This document shows, piece after piece, positions 29,524 to 44,762 of a DNA stretch of 64,000 nt. The stretch comes from the human T2T-CHM13v2.0 reference genome, Homo sapiens. Below the pieces are notes generated by a model that saw only the letters and a program-made list of their open reading frames with translations, ran no database searches and had not been told where the DNA came from. The DNA lies in NCBI RefSeq assembly GCF_009914755.1, contig NC_060939.1; one strand, 5' to 3'. A program made the position numbers and the translations under genes. How positions within the stretch are numbered: the first letter of the stretch is position 1; each line of letters starts with the position of its first letter.

Positions 29524-32020
29524 AGTACTCAGTTATAAGAGTGACTGTATATTAAACAACATCCAACCTAGCACTGTTACTATTTTACATGCTTGCCTCA
29601 TTTAAGCATCACAACAGGTTAATAATTATAATTGTCATTTTTCAGAAAAAGAAACTGAAATACAATAATGTTAAGTAACTTGCTCAGGGAATCATAGCTT
29701 ATTATATGATAAAATCAAGATTTAAACTTGGTTGGCTATCTCCAGAGCCCATGTTATTTCCACTTACCGCAATGATCAATAGTTATTCTGCTCTAAATAC
29801 ACAGACTCTCTTCTGTAAATATAATTAGTGCTCCACTTACCCAAACTTGATCATCTTTCCCTGATGTTGAAAATAATGGTTTTCCTCTTCTAATCAGTTT
29901 ATATCCCATTACATTCATAGACTTTCTAATGAAGGAATATCTTTGAATTCCAGGAATAAACCCAATGTTTCCTATGTTTTCAGGTATTTTGTTTTTTGTT
30001 AACTACAGTCATGATGTTGTACATTACCTCACCAGAAATTATTAATCTTGCATAAGTCAAACTGTTGTACCCTTTGACCAATATCACTCCATCTCCCCTC
30101 TCTGCTTCTATGAATGTGACTTTTTCCCATATTCCACATAGAAGTGAGATCATGCAGCATTTCTCTCTCTCATTTCACTTAGCTTAATATCCTCTAGCTC
30201 CATCCACGTTGTCACAAATGTCAAAATTTCATTCTTCTTAAGGCTAGATAATATTCTGTTTTATATATATACACACACACACACACACACTCAAATATAT
30301 ACCATATTTTTCTCATTTGTCAGCAGACATTTAGGTTGTTTCCATATCTTGGCTATTACGAATAATGTTACAGTGAACATGGGTGCACAGGTATCTCTTT
30401 TTGATCCAGATTTCAATTCCTTTGGATATATACCCAGAAGAAGAACTGCTGATCGTATGACAGGCTCTATTTTAATTTTTTGAGGAAATTCCATATTGCT
30501 TACTATAATGGTTATACTAATTTACATTCCTACCAACAGCATACAAGGGTTCCATTTTCTCCACATCCTCCCCAATACTTGCCTCTTGTCATTTTGATAA
30601 TAGCCATCCTAACAAGTGTCAGGTGATATTTCACTCAAGTTCGATTTCCATTTCCCCTGATCATTATAGATGCTGAGCACCTTTCCATGTACCTGTTAGC
30701 CTTTTGGATTTCTCCTTTTGAGAAGTGTCTCTTTAAGTCCTTTGCCCATTTTTGAGTCAGGCTGTTTTCTTGCCATTGAGTTGTGTGAGTACTTCAAATA
30801 TTTTAGATATTAATGCCTTATCTATTTTTTACAAATATTTTCCCATTCCATAGCTGTCTTTTCATTTTGATAATTTTTTCATTTGCTCTATAGGTTTTTA
30901 ATTTGATATAATTCCACGTGTCTAATTTTGCTTTTGTTGACTGTGTTTTTCTGTCATATTCAAAAAATTATCACCAAGATCAATAAGGTTTTTCTGCAAG
31001 TTTTTTTCTAAAAGTTATATGGTTTCAGATTTTATGTTTAAGCCTTTAATCCATTTTGAGTTGATTTTTATGCATGGTGTAAGATAAGCATCCAATTTCA
31101 ATCTTTTTCACGTGGATACCCAGTATTCCCAATACCCTTTGTTGAAAAGATTATGCTTTCCCCATTGTATGTTCTCAGCATCCTTGTCAAAGACCAGTTG
31201 CCCATAATTGCATAGGTTTATTTCTGGGTTTTCTATTAAGTTCCATTGGTCTGTGTGTATGTTTGTATGCTAGTGCCAAATTGTTTTGATTACTATACTT
31301 TTATAATAAAATTTAAAGTTAGAAAGTGTTATGACTATAGCCTTTGCTCTTCTTGCTCAAGATGACTTTCAATCTTTGGGGTCTTTTGGAGCTCCATATG
31401 AATTTTAGGACTGTTTCTCTATTTCTCTAAAAACAAATGGTTGGGATTTTGACAGAGATTGCACTGAAATTGTAGATCACTTAAGGCTGTATGGACACTC
31501 TAAAAATATTAATTCTTCTAATCCATGAACAGGGATATCTTTCTATTTACTTGCTGCTTTAAATTTTCTTTCATAAATTTATAATTTTCACTATACAAGT
31601 GATTCAACTCCCTGCTTAAGTTAATTCCTAAGTATTTTATTCTTTTTGTTGCTAATATAAAGAAAACTGTATCCTTAATTTCTCTCTCATATAGTTCATG
31701 GTTAGTGTATGAAAACCCCACTGATTCTTAAGCATGTTGATTTTGTATCTCTAAACGTTACTGAATTCATATTTCTCAAAGTTTTTTGTGGAATCTTTAA
31801 GGTTTTCTATATTTATGATGTTATCTACAAATAGATAATTTTACTTCTTTCCCTTCCCATATAATGCATTCATTTCTTCTTCTTGCTTTTCCCAGTATTT
31901 CTAGTACTATGTTGGAGAGAAATGGTAAAAGTGGGCATACTTGCCTTTTACCAAATCATAGAGAAAAAGCTTTCAGTTTTTCCCAATTATGATGTTAACT
32001 GTGGGTTGTTCATATATGGG

Positions 32021-32416
32021 CGGTCTTAGTCTGTTTTGTGTTGCTATAACAGAATATCAGAAACTAGGTAATTTATTAAAAAAAGAACTTTATTTATCGT
32101 ATAATAGTTCTGGAGACTGGAAGTCCAATATCAAGGTGGTGGCATCTGATAAGGTTCTTCTTACTAAATCAACCCTGGAGGAAAGGAAGAGGGCAAAGGG
32201 TGGCATGGGCACTATGGGGAGCTGAATCCAACCTTTTATAAGGCACCCACTCCTGCAATAAGAACCCACTTCCACAATAATGGTATCAATCCATTCATAA
32301 GAGCAGAGGCAATATAACCTAATCTCCTCCTAAAGAACCCACCTCTTAATATTGTTACAATAGCAATTAAACTTCATTATGTGTCTTGGAAGGAATAAAC
32401 ATTAAAACAACAGCAT
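32021..32416 (-). mobile_element. MST/MLT1A-type MaLR solo LTR
   Basis: 'gtcttagtctgttttgtgttgctataacagaata...aaacattaaaacaacagca'. Confidence 0.8.
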
Positions 32417-32796
32417 TGGCCTATATTGTGTGGAGTAAAGTTCCTTCTATACCTAGTATGTTGAGGGTTTTTTCATGAAAGGATATTGAACTTTGTCAAG
32501 TGTTTATCCTGCATCTGTTGAAATATTAGTGTGTTTTTTGTCTTTCATTGTATTCATGTAGTATATTGCATTTATAGATTTTAGTATATTTCACCATACT
32601 TACATTCCAGAGATAAATACCACTCAATCATGGTATGATTGTAGATGTATTCTTGAATTTGGTTTGCCAGTATTTTAAAGAGGATTTCTGCATCTATGTT
32701 CATCTGGAATACCGGTCTGTAGTTTTCCCCTTTCTTGTGTTTCTATCTAGATTTGGAATCAGAGTGATGCTGGCCTCATAATACAAGTTTGGGAGT

Positions 32797-33690
32797 TGTA
32801 AGAGATAGGAAAAACTAAATTGTTTTTCCTACTCTCACATACAACACAATAACAATTCTGTTCACCAAGATTTTTATGGGGTTTTTCTCACACTGACCAC
32901 TTCTCTGATGCCAGCTAGCTGTCATATAATTCAATCCAATTCTGACATTATCTACCTGGTCCCGCAGATTAGGGGCTCAGTCCCACAAGACTGCCCCCAC
33001 AACTTCAGATGCTAATCACAAGTCCCAAGTTCTGACCCATACTTCTGACAAACCAGCTATAAAATTGGGGTTCTCACAACTGTCTCCTCAAGTTTGATTA
33101 ATTTGCTAGAGTGGCCCACAGAACTAAAGGAAACACTTTACTTACTATTGCCAATTTATTACAAAGGAACTTTTAAAGGATGCAGATAAACAGCCAGATG
33201 GAAAAGATGCCTAAGGCAAAGTGTGAAGAAGGGACACGAAACTTACATGCCCTCTCCAGGTGTGCCACCTTCACATGTTTAACAACCCAGAAGCTCCCCA
33301 AAGTCTGTTCTTGGGATTTTTCATGGAAGCTTCATTACAGAGGCATGATCTATTAAATCACTGGCTTTGGCAATCAACCAAACCTGGAGGTTGAAGTTCT
33401 GGTAGCCAGCACCAATTCTGAGGCTATTCAGGACACTACCAAGAGTACCCTTATTACAACAAAAGATGCTCCTATCACTCAGCAAAGCCCAAGGCATTTA
33501 GGAACTCTGTTTCAGATGCTCTTATCACTCAAGAAATTACAAAGATCATAGAAGTTATCTGTTGGGAACCAGGGTCAAAGATCACATATTGGAAAAACAA
33601 TATTATCCTAGTGCTTCTATCTACCAGAGTTTTAGGAGCTCTATGTCAGGAACCAGGGGCAGAGACCAATATAATATTTCTTATTTCACA
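32797..33690 (-). mobile_element. MER21-type LTR
   Basis: TG...CA termini, 'ggctcagtcccacaagactgcccc' core, degenerate 5-bp TSD ggagt/aaagt. Confidence 0.8.
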
Positions 33691-35477
33691 AAAGTGTTCC
33701 CTCTTCTTTTATTTTTCAGAAAATTTCAAGAAAGGTTGGTACTACTTCTCCTTTATATGTTTCATAGAATTGATCAGTGAAGCCATCTGGCCCTAGGCTT
33801 TTTTTGTTGGTTTTTGATTACTGATTCAATCTCTGTATTTGTTATTGGTCTGTTTAGGCTCTTTATTTCTTCTTGATTCAGTCATGTTGGGTTGTATATT
33901 TCTAGGCATTTATCCACTTCTTCTAAGGTTATCCAATTTGGTGCCATAGAATTATTGATAATAGTTCTTTATGATCCTTTTTGTTTCTCTGTTATCCATT
34001 GTAATGACTCTACTTTCGTTTCTAATTTATTTGAGTCTTCTTTTCTTAGACTAGCTAAGAGTTTGATTTTTTTCTTTCCAACAAACCACCGTTTTGTTGA
34101 TTTTTTCCCATCGTTTTTCTCTTTTGCATTTCAATTATTTCTGCTCTAATCGTTATTTCTTTCCATACAGTAACTTTGGGGTTAGTTTTGTTTCTTCTTT
34201 TTCTAGTTCTGTGAGTTAGAAAACTAGTGTAGGCATTTATTACTATAAACTTCCCTCAGAGTCTTGTTTTGCTACATCTCACAAATTTTAGTGAGTTATA
34301 TTTGTTTTCATTTGCTTCAAGGCATTATTTAAATTCCCCTTTATTTCCTTTTACCAAATAGTTGTTCAACTGTATGTTTAGTTTTCACATTTTTGCTAAT
34401 TTTCCTATTTTCTGTTATTGATTTCTAGATTCATTCCACTGCGGTCTAAAAGATATTGGTATGATTTCCATCTTCTTAAATTTCTAAAGACTTGTGTTGT
34501 GACCTAACACATGATCTATTCTGAAGAACGTTTCATGCGCACTTGAGAAGGATGAGTATTCTGCTGATTTGGGGGTAGAAAATCCTGTACATATTTCTTA
34601 GGCACATTTAGTGTATACTGTTGTAATTCAGCTGTTTCATTACTGATTTTCTACCTGGATATTCTATCCATTATTGAGAGTGGACCACTGAAGTCTCCTA
34701 CTGTTATTGTATTGCTGCCAATTTCTCCCTTCAGATTTGTATTTGTTTTATATATTTATGTGTTAGGTTGCTGGGTGCAAATATATTTAAATTGTTGTAT
34801 CCTCCTGTTAAACTGAATCTTTTATCATTATTTAATGGCCTTCTTCCTCTCTAGGGACACTTCTTGTCCTAAAGTCTGTTTTGTCTAAGTTTAGCCACTT
34901 CTGCTCTCTTTTGGTTACAATTTACATGGAATAAGATATTCCTTCGTGTTCAGCCAAGTCTGTTCAAGGCAGCATATGGTTGGGTATGTCTTTTTTTAAT
35001 TCACTGAGCCACTCTATGCCCTTTGATTGGGGAGTTTAATCCATTTACACTTGAAGTAATATTAACAGTAAGTACAGATTTATTACTGCCATTTTGCTAC
35101 TTATTTTCTCTTTGTTCTGCAGGCTTTTGTTCCTTACTCTATTGCTATCTTCATTTGTTATTTGATTGTGGGCTTTTTTTTTTTTTTTCTAATGGTTTGG
35201 TTTGATTTCTCTTTAGCATTTGTGTATTTACAATAGGTTTGCCCTTGTGGTTACAACTGTCTACTTTAATTTGATGTCTACTTTAATTTAATTTGAATTT
35301 AATTTAAATTCAATGGCCTACAAAACTCTGCACTTTTACCTACCATTACACTATGTGTTTTTGAAGTCAGAGTTTACTATTTTTCATACAGTGAATCCAT
35401 TATCAATTTTTTGTCATTATACTTACCCTTAATACCTTTTTGTCTTTTAAGTCCCCTCCCCCACTCTACCTTAGTAA

Positions 35478-35615
<138 letters not shown>

Positions 35616-37766
35616 TGATAATTTTTTTGTTGTTCCTTATTTTTGTAGAGATAAAGTCTTGCTATGTCGTCCAGGCTGGTGTGAGACACCTGGCCTCATG
35701 TGATCCTCCCACCTCAGCCTCCTAAAGTACTGGGATTACAAGTGTGAGTCACCACACACAGCCTTCTTTAAAGTTTTATATTGGGGTTACCAGTTATTTC
35801 TGTACCACCCTTACAGTATTATGTTATTCTATATTTGACTGTACATTTACTCCTGAGCTTTACATACTTTCCTTCATACGCTTTTACATTGGTGTTTATC
35901 ATTTTTTCTATTCCATTTAAAGAACTCCATTAGCATTTCTTCTCAGGCAAGCCTAGTGATGACAAACTCCCTCAACTTTCATGTGTCTGGGAAAGACTTT
36001 ATCTCCTTTCCATTTTTAAGGATAGCTTTCCAGGGTATAGTAATCATGGCTGGCAGGGTTTTGTTTTTTTCTTTCAGTACTTTGAATGTAACATCCCATT
36101 ATCTCCTAGCCTGGAAGATTCATGTTGAGAAATTCACTGATCATTTCTGGGGTGGGGGGTGGTGGGGGGGCAGGTTTCCCTTGTATGAGATGAGTTGCCT
36201 TTCTCTTGCAGCTTTCAAAATTCTGTCTCTTGAGTTTTGACAATTTAATTATAATAAGTCTTGATGTAGACTTCTTTAACTGTTGTGGGGTTCTATGAGC
36301 TTGAGTCTGGATATCTGTTTTGTTCTCCATATTTAGGAAGTTTTGGGTTATTTCTTTAAAAAAAAAAGGCTTTCTGCCTGCTTCTCTTCAATCCCTATAA
36401 TGCATATATTCATTCAATGACAGTGTCCCATAAATCCCAGAGGCTTCCTTCATTTTTTTCATTCTTTTCTCTCCTCTTACTGGGTAATTCCAAATGACCT
36501 GTTTTCAAGTTCTCTTGATTCTTTCTTCTGCTTCACTGAGTCTGTTGCTGAAGCTCTCTACTGCATTTTCTAGTTTCTTCAGTGTATTCTTCACCTCTAG
36601 AATTTGTTTGGTTCTTTCTCACGGCTTCACTTTCTTGATGTTCTCATTTTGTTTTTATGTTGTTTTCCTGATTTTGTTACATTATTTATCTGTGTTCTCT
36701 CACCGTTCACTGACCTTCAACAGTTATTTTGAATATTTTGTCAGGGACTTCATGGATCTTCATTTGTTTGGGTTGCTTGCTGGATATTTATTGTGTTCTC
36801 TTGGTGGTATCAAGTTTTCCTGATTTTTCATGTTCTTTGTATCCTTGCATTGCTGTCTATGCACTTAAAGAAGCAGTCACCTTCTCCAGTCTTTATGGAC
36901 TGGCTTCAGAAAGGATAGTCAATTGCTCAGATGGGAGCAATGACTTGTGGGGAATGCAGGAGCATACTGTTGCACTAAGCCTACTGGCACACAGAGTGCC
37001 AAAGTGCGGGGAAGTACAACAACTCTTGGTTTATATGTATGCATTGGCGTGGCAGCTCAGGGAGCTAGAGTTGGCAATATCAGTAACAGGGCAGTCCTCA
37101 GCTCCAAAAGCTACAGGGTGTAGGCAGTGGCTGCCAGCAGCACCTCTGTGTTAAGAAGTGAGCATCCCTGGTAGGTGGGAGCCAAGGCAGGTCGTGGCAG
37201 AGGCCAGGTGGAGTTTGGTTGCAGGCATACATGTGGCAATGGGGGCCATGGCCAGCTGTGGCCATGTGTGTGCATGGCTATTTGGCCCACTGCATATGGA
37301 CATGGATTGACAACAACTGTGGGACAGGGCAGTAGCTTGCATTCCTCTAGCTGAAGGAGTTGGCTGCAGATACATAAACAGAAGTAAAAACCAGAGCCAA
37401 GAGCAAGGACCAGGGCTGGCCATGGGCAAACACACTACAAACTGATAGTCTTAGGCTCCAAATTGTCCTACCAGGTCATTCTACACTTTAGACAAACCTC
37501 CCCAAGGAAACCCTCCAATGAAAACGGCAAAAGTAGAGCTTTAATAATCCACGCAAACCCTGCAAAATATCAATTTACTAGATAATTTGAAAATGACGAT
37601 TTTTTAATAGTTAACCTTCTTGGATTCAATAGATTAAAATGCTTTTATTTCCTAGCAAATCTAATTATTTTTATGGTTATTTTAGCTTCTCTCAGACCAG
37701 AAGTAGAGTTGAAAATAAGCCCAGCAACTTCAGACTATCATAATTTCCTAAAAAATAAAAACTCAC

Positions 37767-37878
37767 CCTTTCTAACAATTTCTGAAGCTTCAATGTTTTC
37801 TCTTCGCGTAACTTTTCCCTTAGCTGCTGTGCTTTCATTTGTTTTTCTTCATGTTTCTTCTTAGATTCTGCAATTGTT
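37767..37878 (-). CDS. SCAPER: SCAPER coding exon, 112 nt (phase 2 to 0): TIAESKKKHEEKQMKAQQLREKLREEKTLKLQKLLER
   Basis: Acceptor attaatag|A, donor AGG|gtgagt; charged helical peptide. Confidence 0.94.
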
Positions 37879-38142
37879 CTATTAATACAAACAAATGGAC
37901 AAGAGACATGAAATGTTTACATGATAAGGCCAGAAAAAGTGTTCTTTAGACTTCATAGTTCTTAAAGTATACAAAACTAATTTTGGCCCAACATTTCGGG
38001 AAAGCTTTGTTACTTTTCAATGGATCTGAAACTGTCCTGAAGTAATGTGTCCAAAAATGCCACGTAGCAATTTTATTTAACAGTCAAGAGTGGCTAGTTT
38101 CCTTGCTGTGAACCATTTCAAATTAATTTTCAAATGCCAGAC

Positions 38143-38260
38143 CTTTTACGAGAGGGTGAAGAAAGTTTTTCATGCATGTGAATTCCATGCCCTGGAGGTC
38201 TAGCAGGTTCTTCTTCTACAATGTCCCCCCAGGATGTATTTTGGCGCCAAGACTCACGAG
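38143..38260 (-). CDS. SCAPER: SCAPER coding exon, 118 nt (phase 1 to 2): (A)RESWRQNTSWGDIVEEEPARPPGHGIHMHEKLSSPSRK(R)
   Basis: Acceptor ttctgaacag|CT, donor AAG|gtctgg; frame continuous with both neighbours. Confidence 0.93.
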
Positions 38261-38368
38261 CTGTTCAGAAAAAAATACTATTATTGTTTAGCCACATAGG
38301 TCTATAAAACATTTGAGAACAAACTTTTGAACACTGTACTACACACCCAATATGCATATACACAATAC

Positions 38369-38444
38369 CTTCATAATCTGCAAGGACATCGTTCCAGTCC
38401 ATGGACATACCACAGAAAGAAACACTCCCACTGCCCATGCTGGC
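38369..38444 (-). CDS. SCAPER: SCAPER coding exon, 76 nt (phase 0 to 1): ASMGSGSVSFCGMSMDWNDVLADYE
   Basis: Acceptor cattttag|GCC, donor AAG|gtattg; phase matches the next exon. Confidence 0.93.
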
Positions 38445-38837
38445 CTAAAATGTAATAAGGGAAGTTGAAAATCAAATCTTTGAACACAATTACAACTTTA
38501 GAAAATGAACTATACATGAAAATGTCCTACCTATTGTTAATATATTCTATTTAACCAACAGTTGAAAACCAGGAAAAAGGTACCTACCAGTACAATCAAA
38601 ATAATTGCCAAGTTAAAATACTACAGCCTATTCATTTTAAGAGCCTAGCAGCCATTAACAGCAGAGACAAATGAAGTAAATTTAAGAAATATATTGGCCT
38701 TATCCTATTACTACATAAATGCTAACATATAAAAAGCAAATATTGAAGAATTGAAGATTGTTTGGCATTAAAATTTAATAAACCAATATGTAAAACATTT
38801 AAAGTTATTTTATTCTTTAACAAATTCCCATCATTAA

Positions 38838-39204
<367 letters not shown>

Positions 39205-39280
39205 TACTTTTTGTTAATAGAATACAAAAGTAAAATACCTTAGCTTCATCTTCACTTTCTATAAATTATAATCTCAGTAA

Positions 39281-39535
<255 letters not shown>

Positions 39536-39727
39536 TAACAAAAGATTTGCTATTGTTTATTGTGTAAGTCTAAATCACCCTGAGAATAATAGTTATGATT
39601 ACTGAACATGATTTTTAAATAAATAATTCTAAATAGGACTAGATGGACTCCAAGTCTTTCTGGCCCAGATAATTTTGTTTCTAAATATAAATTTTGAATA
39701 GTTATGTTAAAAAGTCTAAAAGCTCAC

Positions 39728-39898
39728 AGAAAAATCACTGTCGTTGTCAGTTTCAATGTTAATATCATTGTTTTCTTCAGCTTCAATTTCTCTAGTTAAC
39801 TGTTCTTCTTCAGCAATAGCACTAGCAATGGCTTCTTCATTGGCCTTTTCTAGACGATCTGCTAGCTCTTCTTTTTTAGCAAGGACTTCTGCCATGGA
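39728..39898 (-). CDS. SCAPER: SCAPER coding exon, 171 nt (phase 0 to 0): SMAEVLAKKEELADRLEKANEEAIASAIAEEEQLTREIEAEENNDINIETDNDSDFS
   Basis: Acceptor ctttatag|TCC, donor TCT|gtgagc, 57 open codons. Confidence 0.95.
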
Positions 39899-40399
39899 CT
39901 ATAAAGTTAAAAACACATAAACAAAAAGAAAAATGATCACTTGACTGGAAAGTAATCATTTTTTATGTTCTAACATGAACTCAACAGTATACATAAAATT
40001 GTATTGATCTAGAATCATAAAAGCTGGGGTTCCATACAGGCTCATCCACTTACTAGCTGTGTGCCTTAGAAGCTTCTAAAAACCAAGAACCTACTTGGTA
40101 TTCCATAAAATGGAACAATAATCAATGACTTGCCTTATTTACCAGACAGCTACGTATGAGAAACTGTGAAATTATATAAATAACAGGTAGTGTGAATTTC
40201 ATTTGAGTGCCAAAATTCAAAACAATTATAGATTGAATATACTCATTAAATATAAAACCGAAATAGTATACTATAATGGGAACATGGAAAGAATATATGC
40301 TGTACTGGTGATGATGCTTTCTGAACATACATACACCTAACTTTAAAAAATGCACTGCAAATAATAAAAATATACATGAGATTCATTAATTAATAAATC

Positions 40400-41837
40400 C
40401 TCATGAGAAGCTAAAGATGTATACTAGAAACCCTAAATCAAACACTGAAATAACAAAACAAACATGTGGTTAATAAGCCATCAAAGGTGATAAAATGAAA
40501 TTATTAAAAAATTAAAAATGGAAGGAAGAACACAAGTCAGAGAAAACAAATAGTAAAATGGTGGATTTAAACAAACTATGTCAATAATTATATTACATGT
40601 AAATGTTAACATGTAATAGGCAGAGATTATCAAACTGGATAAAAAATAAGACTGAGCTATATGTTTCCTAGAAGGAAAAAAACAGATTACAAGTAAAAGG
40701 TCTATGCTAATTAAAAGAAAGCTGAAGTATTAACATCAGACACAGATTTCAGTGCAAAAAATATCACCAGGAATAAAGAAGACCAATTTATAATAATAAA
40801 AGGGTCAATTCATCAAGACGACAAAACAGTCCTAAATGTTTATAGACCTAACAGAACTTCAAAATATATAAGGCAAAAACCTATAGAAATGCAAAAAAAT
40901 ATAAACCTAATGAGAATGTAAAATGATGCAACCACTTTGGAAAGCAGTCTGACAGTTGCTCAAATGGTTAAACATAGAGTTCATATAACCCAACAATTCC
41001 ACTCCTAGATATATATCCAGGAGAAATAAAAAATGTGCCCACACAAAAACTGTTATGCAAATACTTAAAGCAGTGCTATTCATAATAGCACAGTGGAAAC
41101 AACCTAAATGTCCATCAACTGATGAATAAATAAAATGTGGTATATTCATTCATTCAGTGGACTATACTATTTGATCACAAAAAAGAACAAAGTACTGAGA
41201 CAAACTAAGACATGAATGAACCTCTAAAATATGCTAAGAAGTCAGTCACAAATGACCACATATTGCATTTCATTTCTATGAAATGTCTAAAATAGGCAAA
41301 ATTATATAGAGAGAAAGCAGTGCAGTGGCAGGTGTGGGAGGAGTGAAAGGGAGTAACTGCTAATGGGCACTGGGTTTTCTTTTTAGAGTGATGAAAGAGT
41401 GCTAAAGCTGATTATGGAGAATATACTAAAAAACAACAGTAAACTTCAAACAGATGGATTGTATTATACGTAAATTATGATCTCAATACAGTCGTTAGAA
41501 AAGAAATAGATCCACAGTTACAGTCAGTGATTTCAGTACCCCTCTTTCAACTGACAGAAAAAGTAACCAAAAAACTAGTAAGGATATAGAAGACCTGAAC
41601 AATACTATCAACAAAATTGATCTAGGTATTTTCTCAAAAAAAAAAAATATATATATATACATGTTCACATAAAGTTGTACACAAAAACGTTCGTGGCATC
41701 TTTATTCATTAAAGAAAGATGTAATTCAAATGTCTTTGGGCAAGTGAATGAACAAACATTGTGTTACATGGATAAATCTCAAAATAAATATGTTGAGTGA
41801 AAGAAGTCAAGCAAAGCTTACACAATTCAATTTATAT
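40400..41837 (+). mobile_element. Old L1M fragments
   Basis: Degenerate endonuclease-region and 3' UTR L1 motifs. Confidence 0.7.
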
Positions 41838-43190
<1,353 letters not shown>

Positions 43191-44549
43191 CAGTTGTCTC
43201 ATCACTACAGGAATTCTCTGTAACTCTCCACTTGGGAACTAAACAATAAGGTGCTTATCACCTTATCACCCTTGGTTTGTCAAAACAAAACAAAAAGTAT
43301 TCTTAACACCTCTAAGAATACACTAATATCCACATTAAAGCAGAATTTATTTTCTTTCAAGTATGCAAATTTGACCCTCAAAATAACCAAAAGGGTTTAT
43401 GACTCTGCAAGTTTATATATGTGATGAAAATAAAAATAATGAGGTCAGAATTTTTAATTATTTCATGCTTATTTAAGGATGAGAGTTTTCCTCTTTTAAA
43501 ATTTGATTCTCACAGAATCAAACTGAAAAATATACAATTTGATATACAACTGCTAAAACAAAATAAATGACCAAATTCCACCCCATACAATAAACTCACT
43601 ACTTATTTGAGCATAATTATGTTCAACATTTAGAAATGTTCATTACTAAAAGACACAAGATGAAAATCAATTGTTCTACCTTATTAAAAGAATCTAAACA
43701 TTTGTTTTTTGTATTACTATAACCTTTTCCTTTTTACCCTTAAACAACCAATATCAAGTTTCATCTCTACTGTTATTATCCCTATAAAATGTATAATTTT
43801 ACCTAATACCATGTGTTGTTAAGATCTGTCAGCATTAGGCATTAAATTTTAGAAGAAATTATAGTCCACAGCAGCCTTTAAAAAGTAAAAATTAAGTAAT
43901 TTTTCACAGCTTTTTATATGTGCCTATTTCTTTGGAAAGCTAGTTTTTAAACAAAGTTAGCATGATTTATTCTGGATTATCCCCAGGTCAAGTATCCTAA
44001 TACTAAAATGAGCAAAAGGAAGAGATGGGTAGAAATATGTTATCATCCAAAACCATAAATCTATAAATAATCACAAATCAATGCATTTTTAGAGATTCTG
44101 GAATAGGGATGGTAAATAAATTTCATCTTAAAGACCAACTCCAAGCAAATGATAGTGGCTGTCTAAAGTACTCTGTTAAGAAAGTTTTTAAAACTAAGTC
44201 TAGCAGACACCATTTCCCATCTATCAGAATGCTAGATGTAGCATAGAAGACTTTATTGTTACTAGTTTAGATTCTTAATTCTGGGCTAAGAGCATTTGAT
44301 CAAATCACATACAAACCAAATGATTTTGAACAAGTCACTTAACTCTCACAATCTCACTTTCTTCCTCTAAAAAATAAGAATCTTAACTATATCAAAAGTT
44401 TACCAAAATAATAAAATGTTAAAATGAAATAAATATATAAAAATGCTTTAAAAAGTATAAATCATACAAGTTATTATTATTGGGGTTTATGCTTCTTAAA
44501 TATACTCAGAATTCTGATAAGTTGTTCTTACCAAGTTAGCAGCACTCAC

Positions 44550-44762
44550 ATTTGAAATATCTGAAGGGTCCATTTCATTTTCTATCCTTGCTTTCTCTGC
44601 TGGAAATTTTTCTTCATTTACTTGTAAAGGAGGTGTACCAGCTTGCAGCATAACTGAAACACACTCTGTATCAATGTGGACAGCAGATATTTCAGAAGTT
44701 CGAACATAATTGTCTCGAATACTGCCAGAATTCTTCACATCATCCAATGTACTCACTGTGAA
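44550..44762 (-). CDS. SCAPER: SCAPER coding exon, 213 nt (phase 0 to 0): FTVSTLDDVKNSGSIRDNYVRTSEISAVHIDTECVSVMLQAGTPPLQVNEEKFPAEKARIENEMDPSDISN
   Basis: Acceptor tttgttag|TTC, donor AAT|gtgagt, 71 codons; overlaps ORF 44496..44756. Confidence 0.95.
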
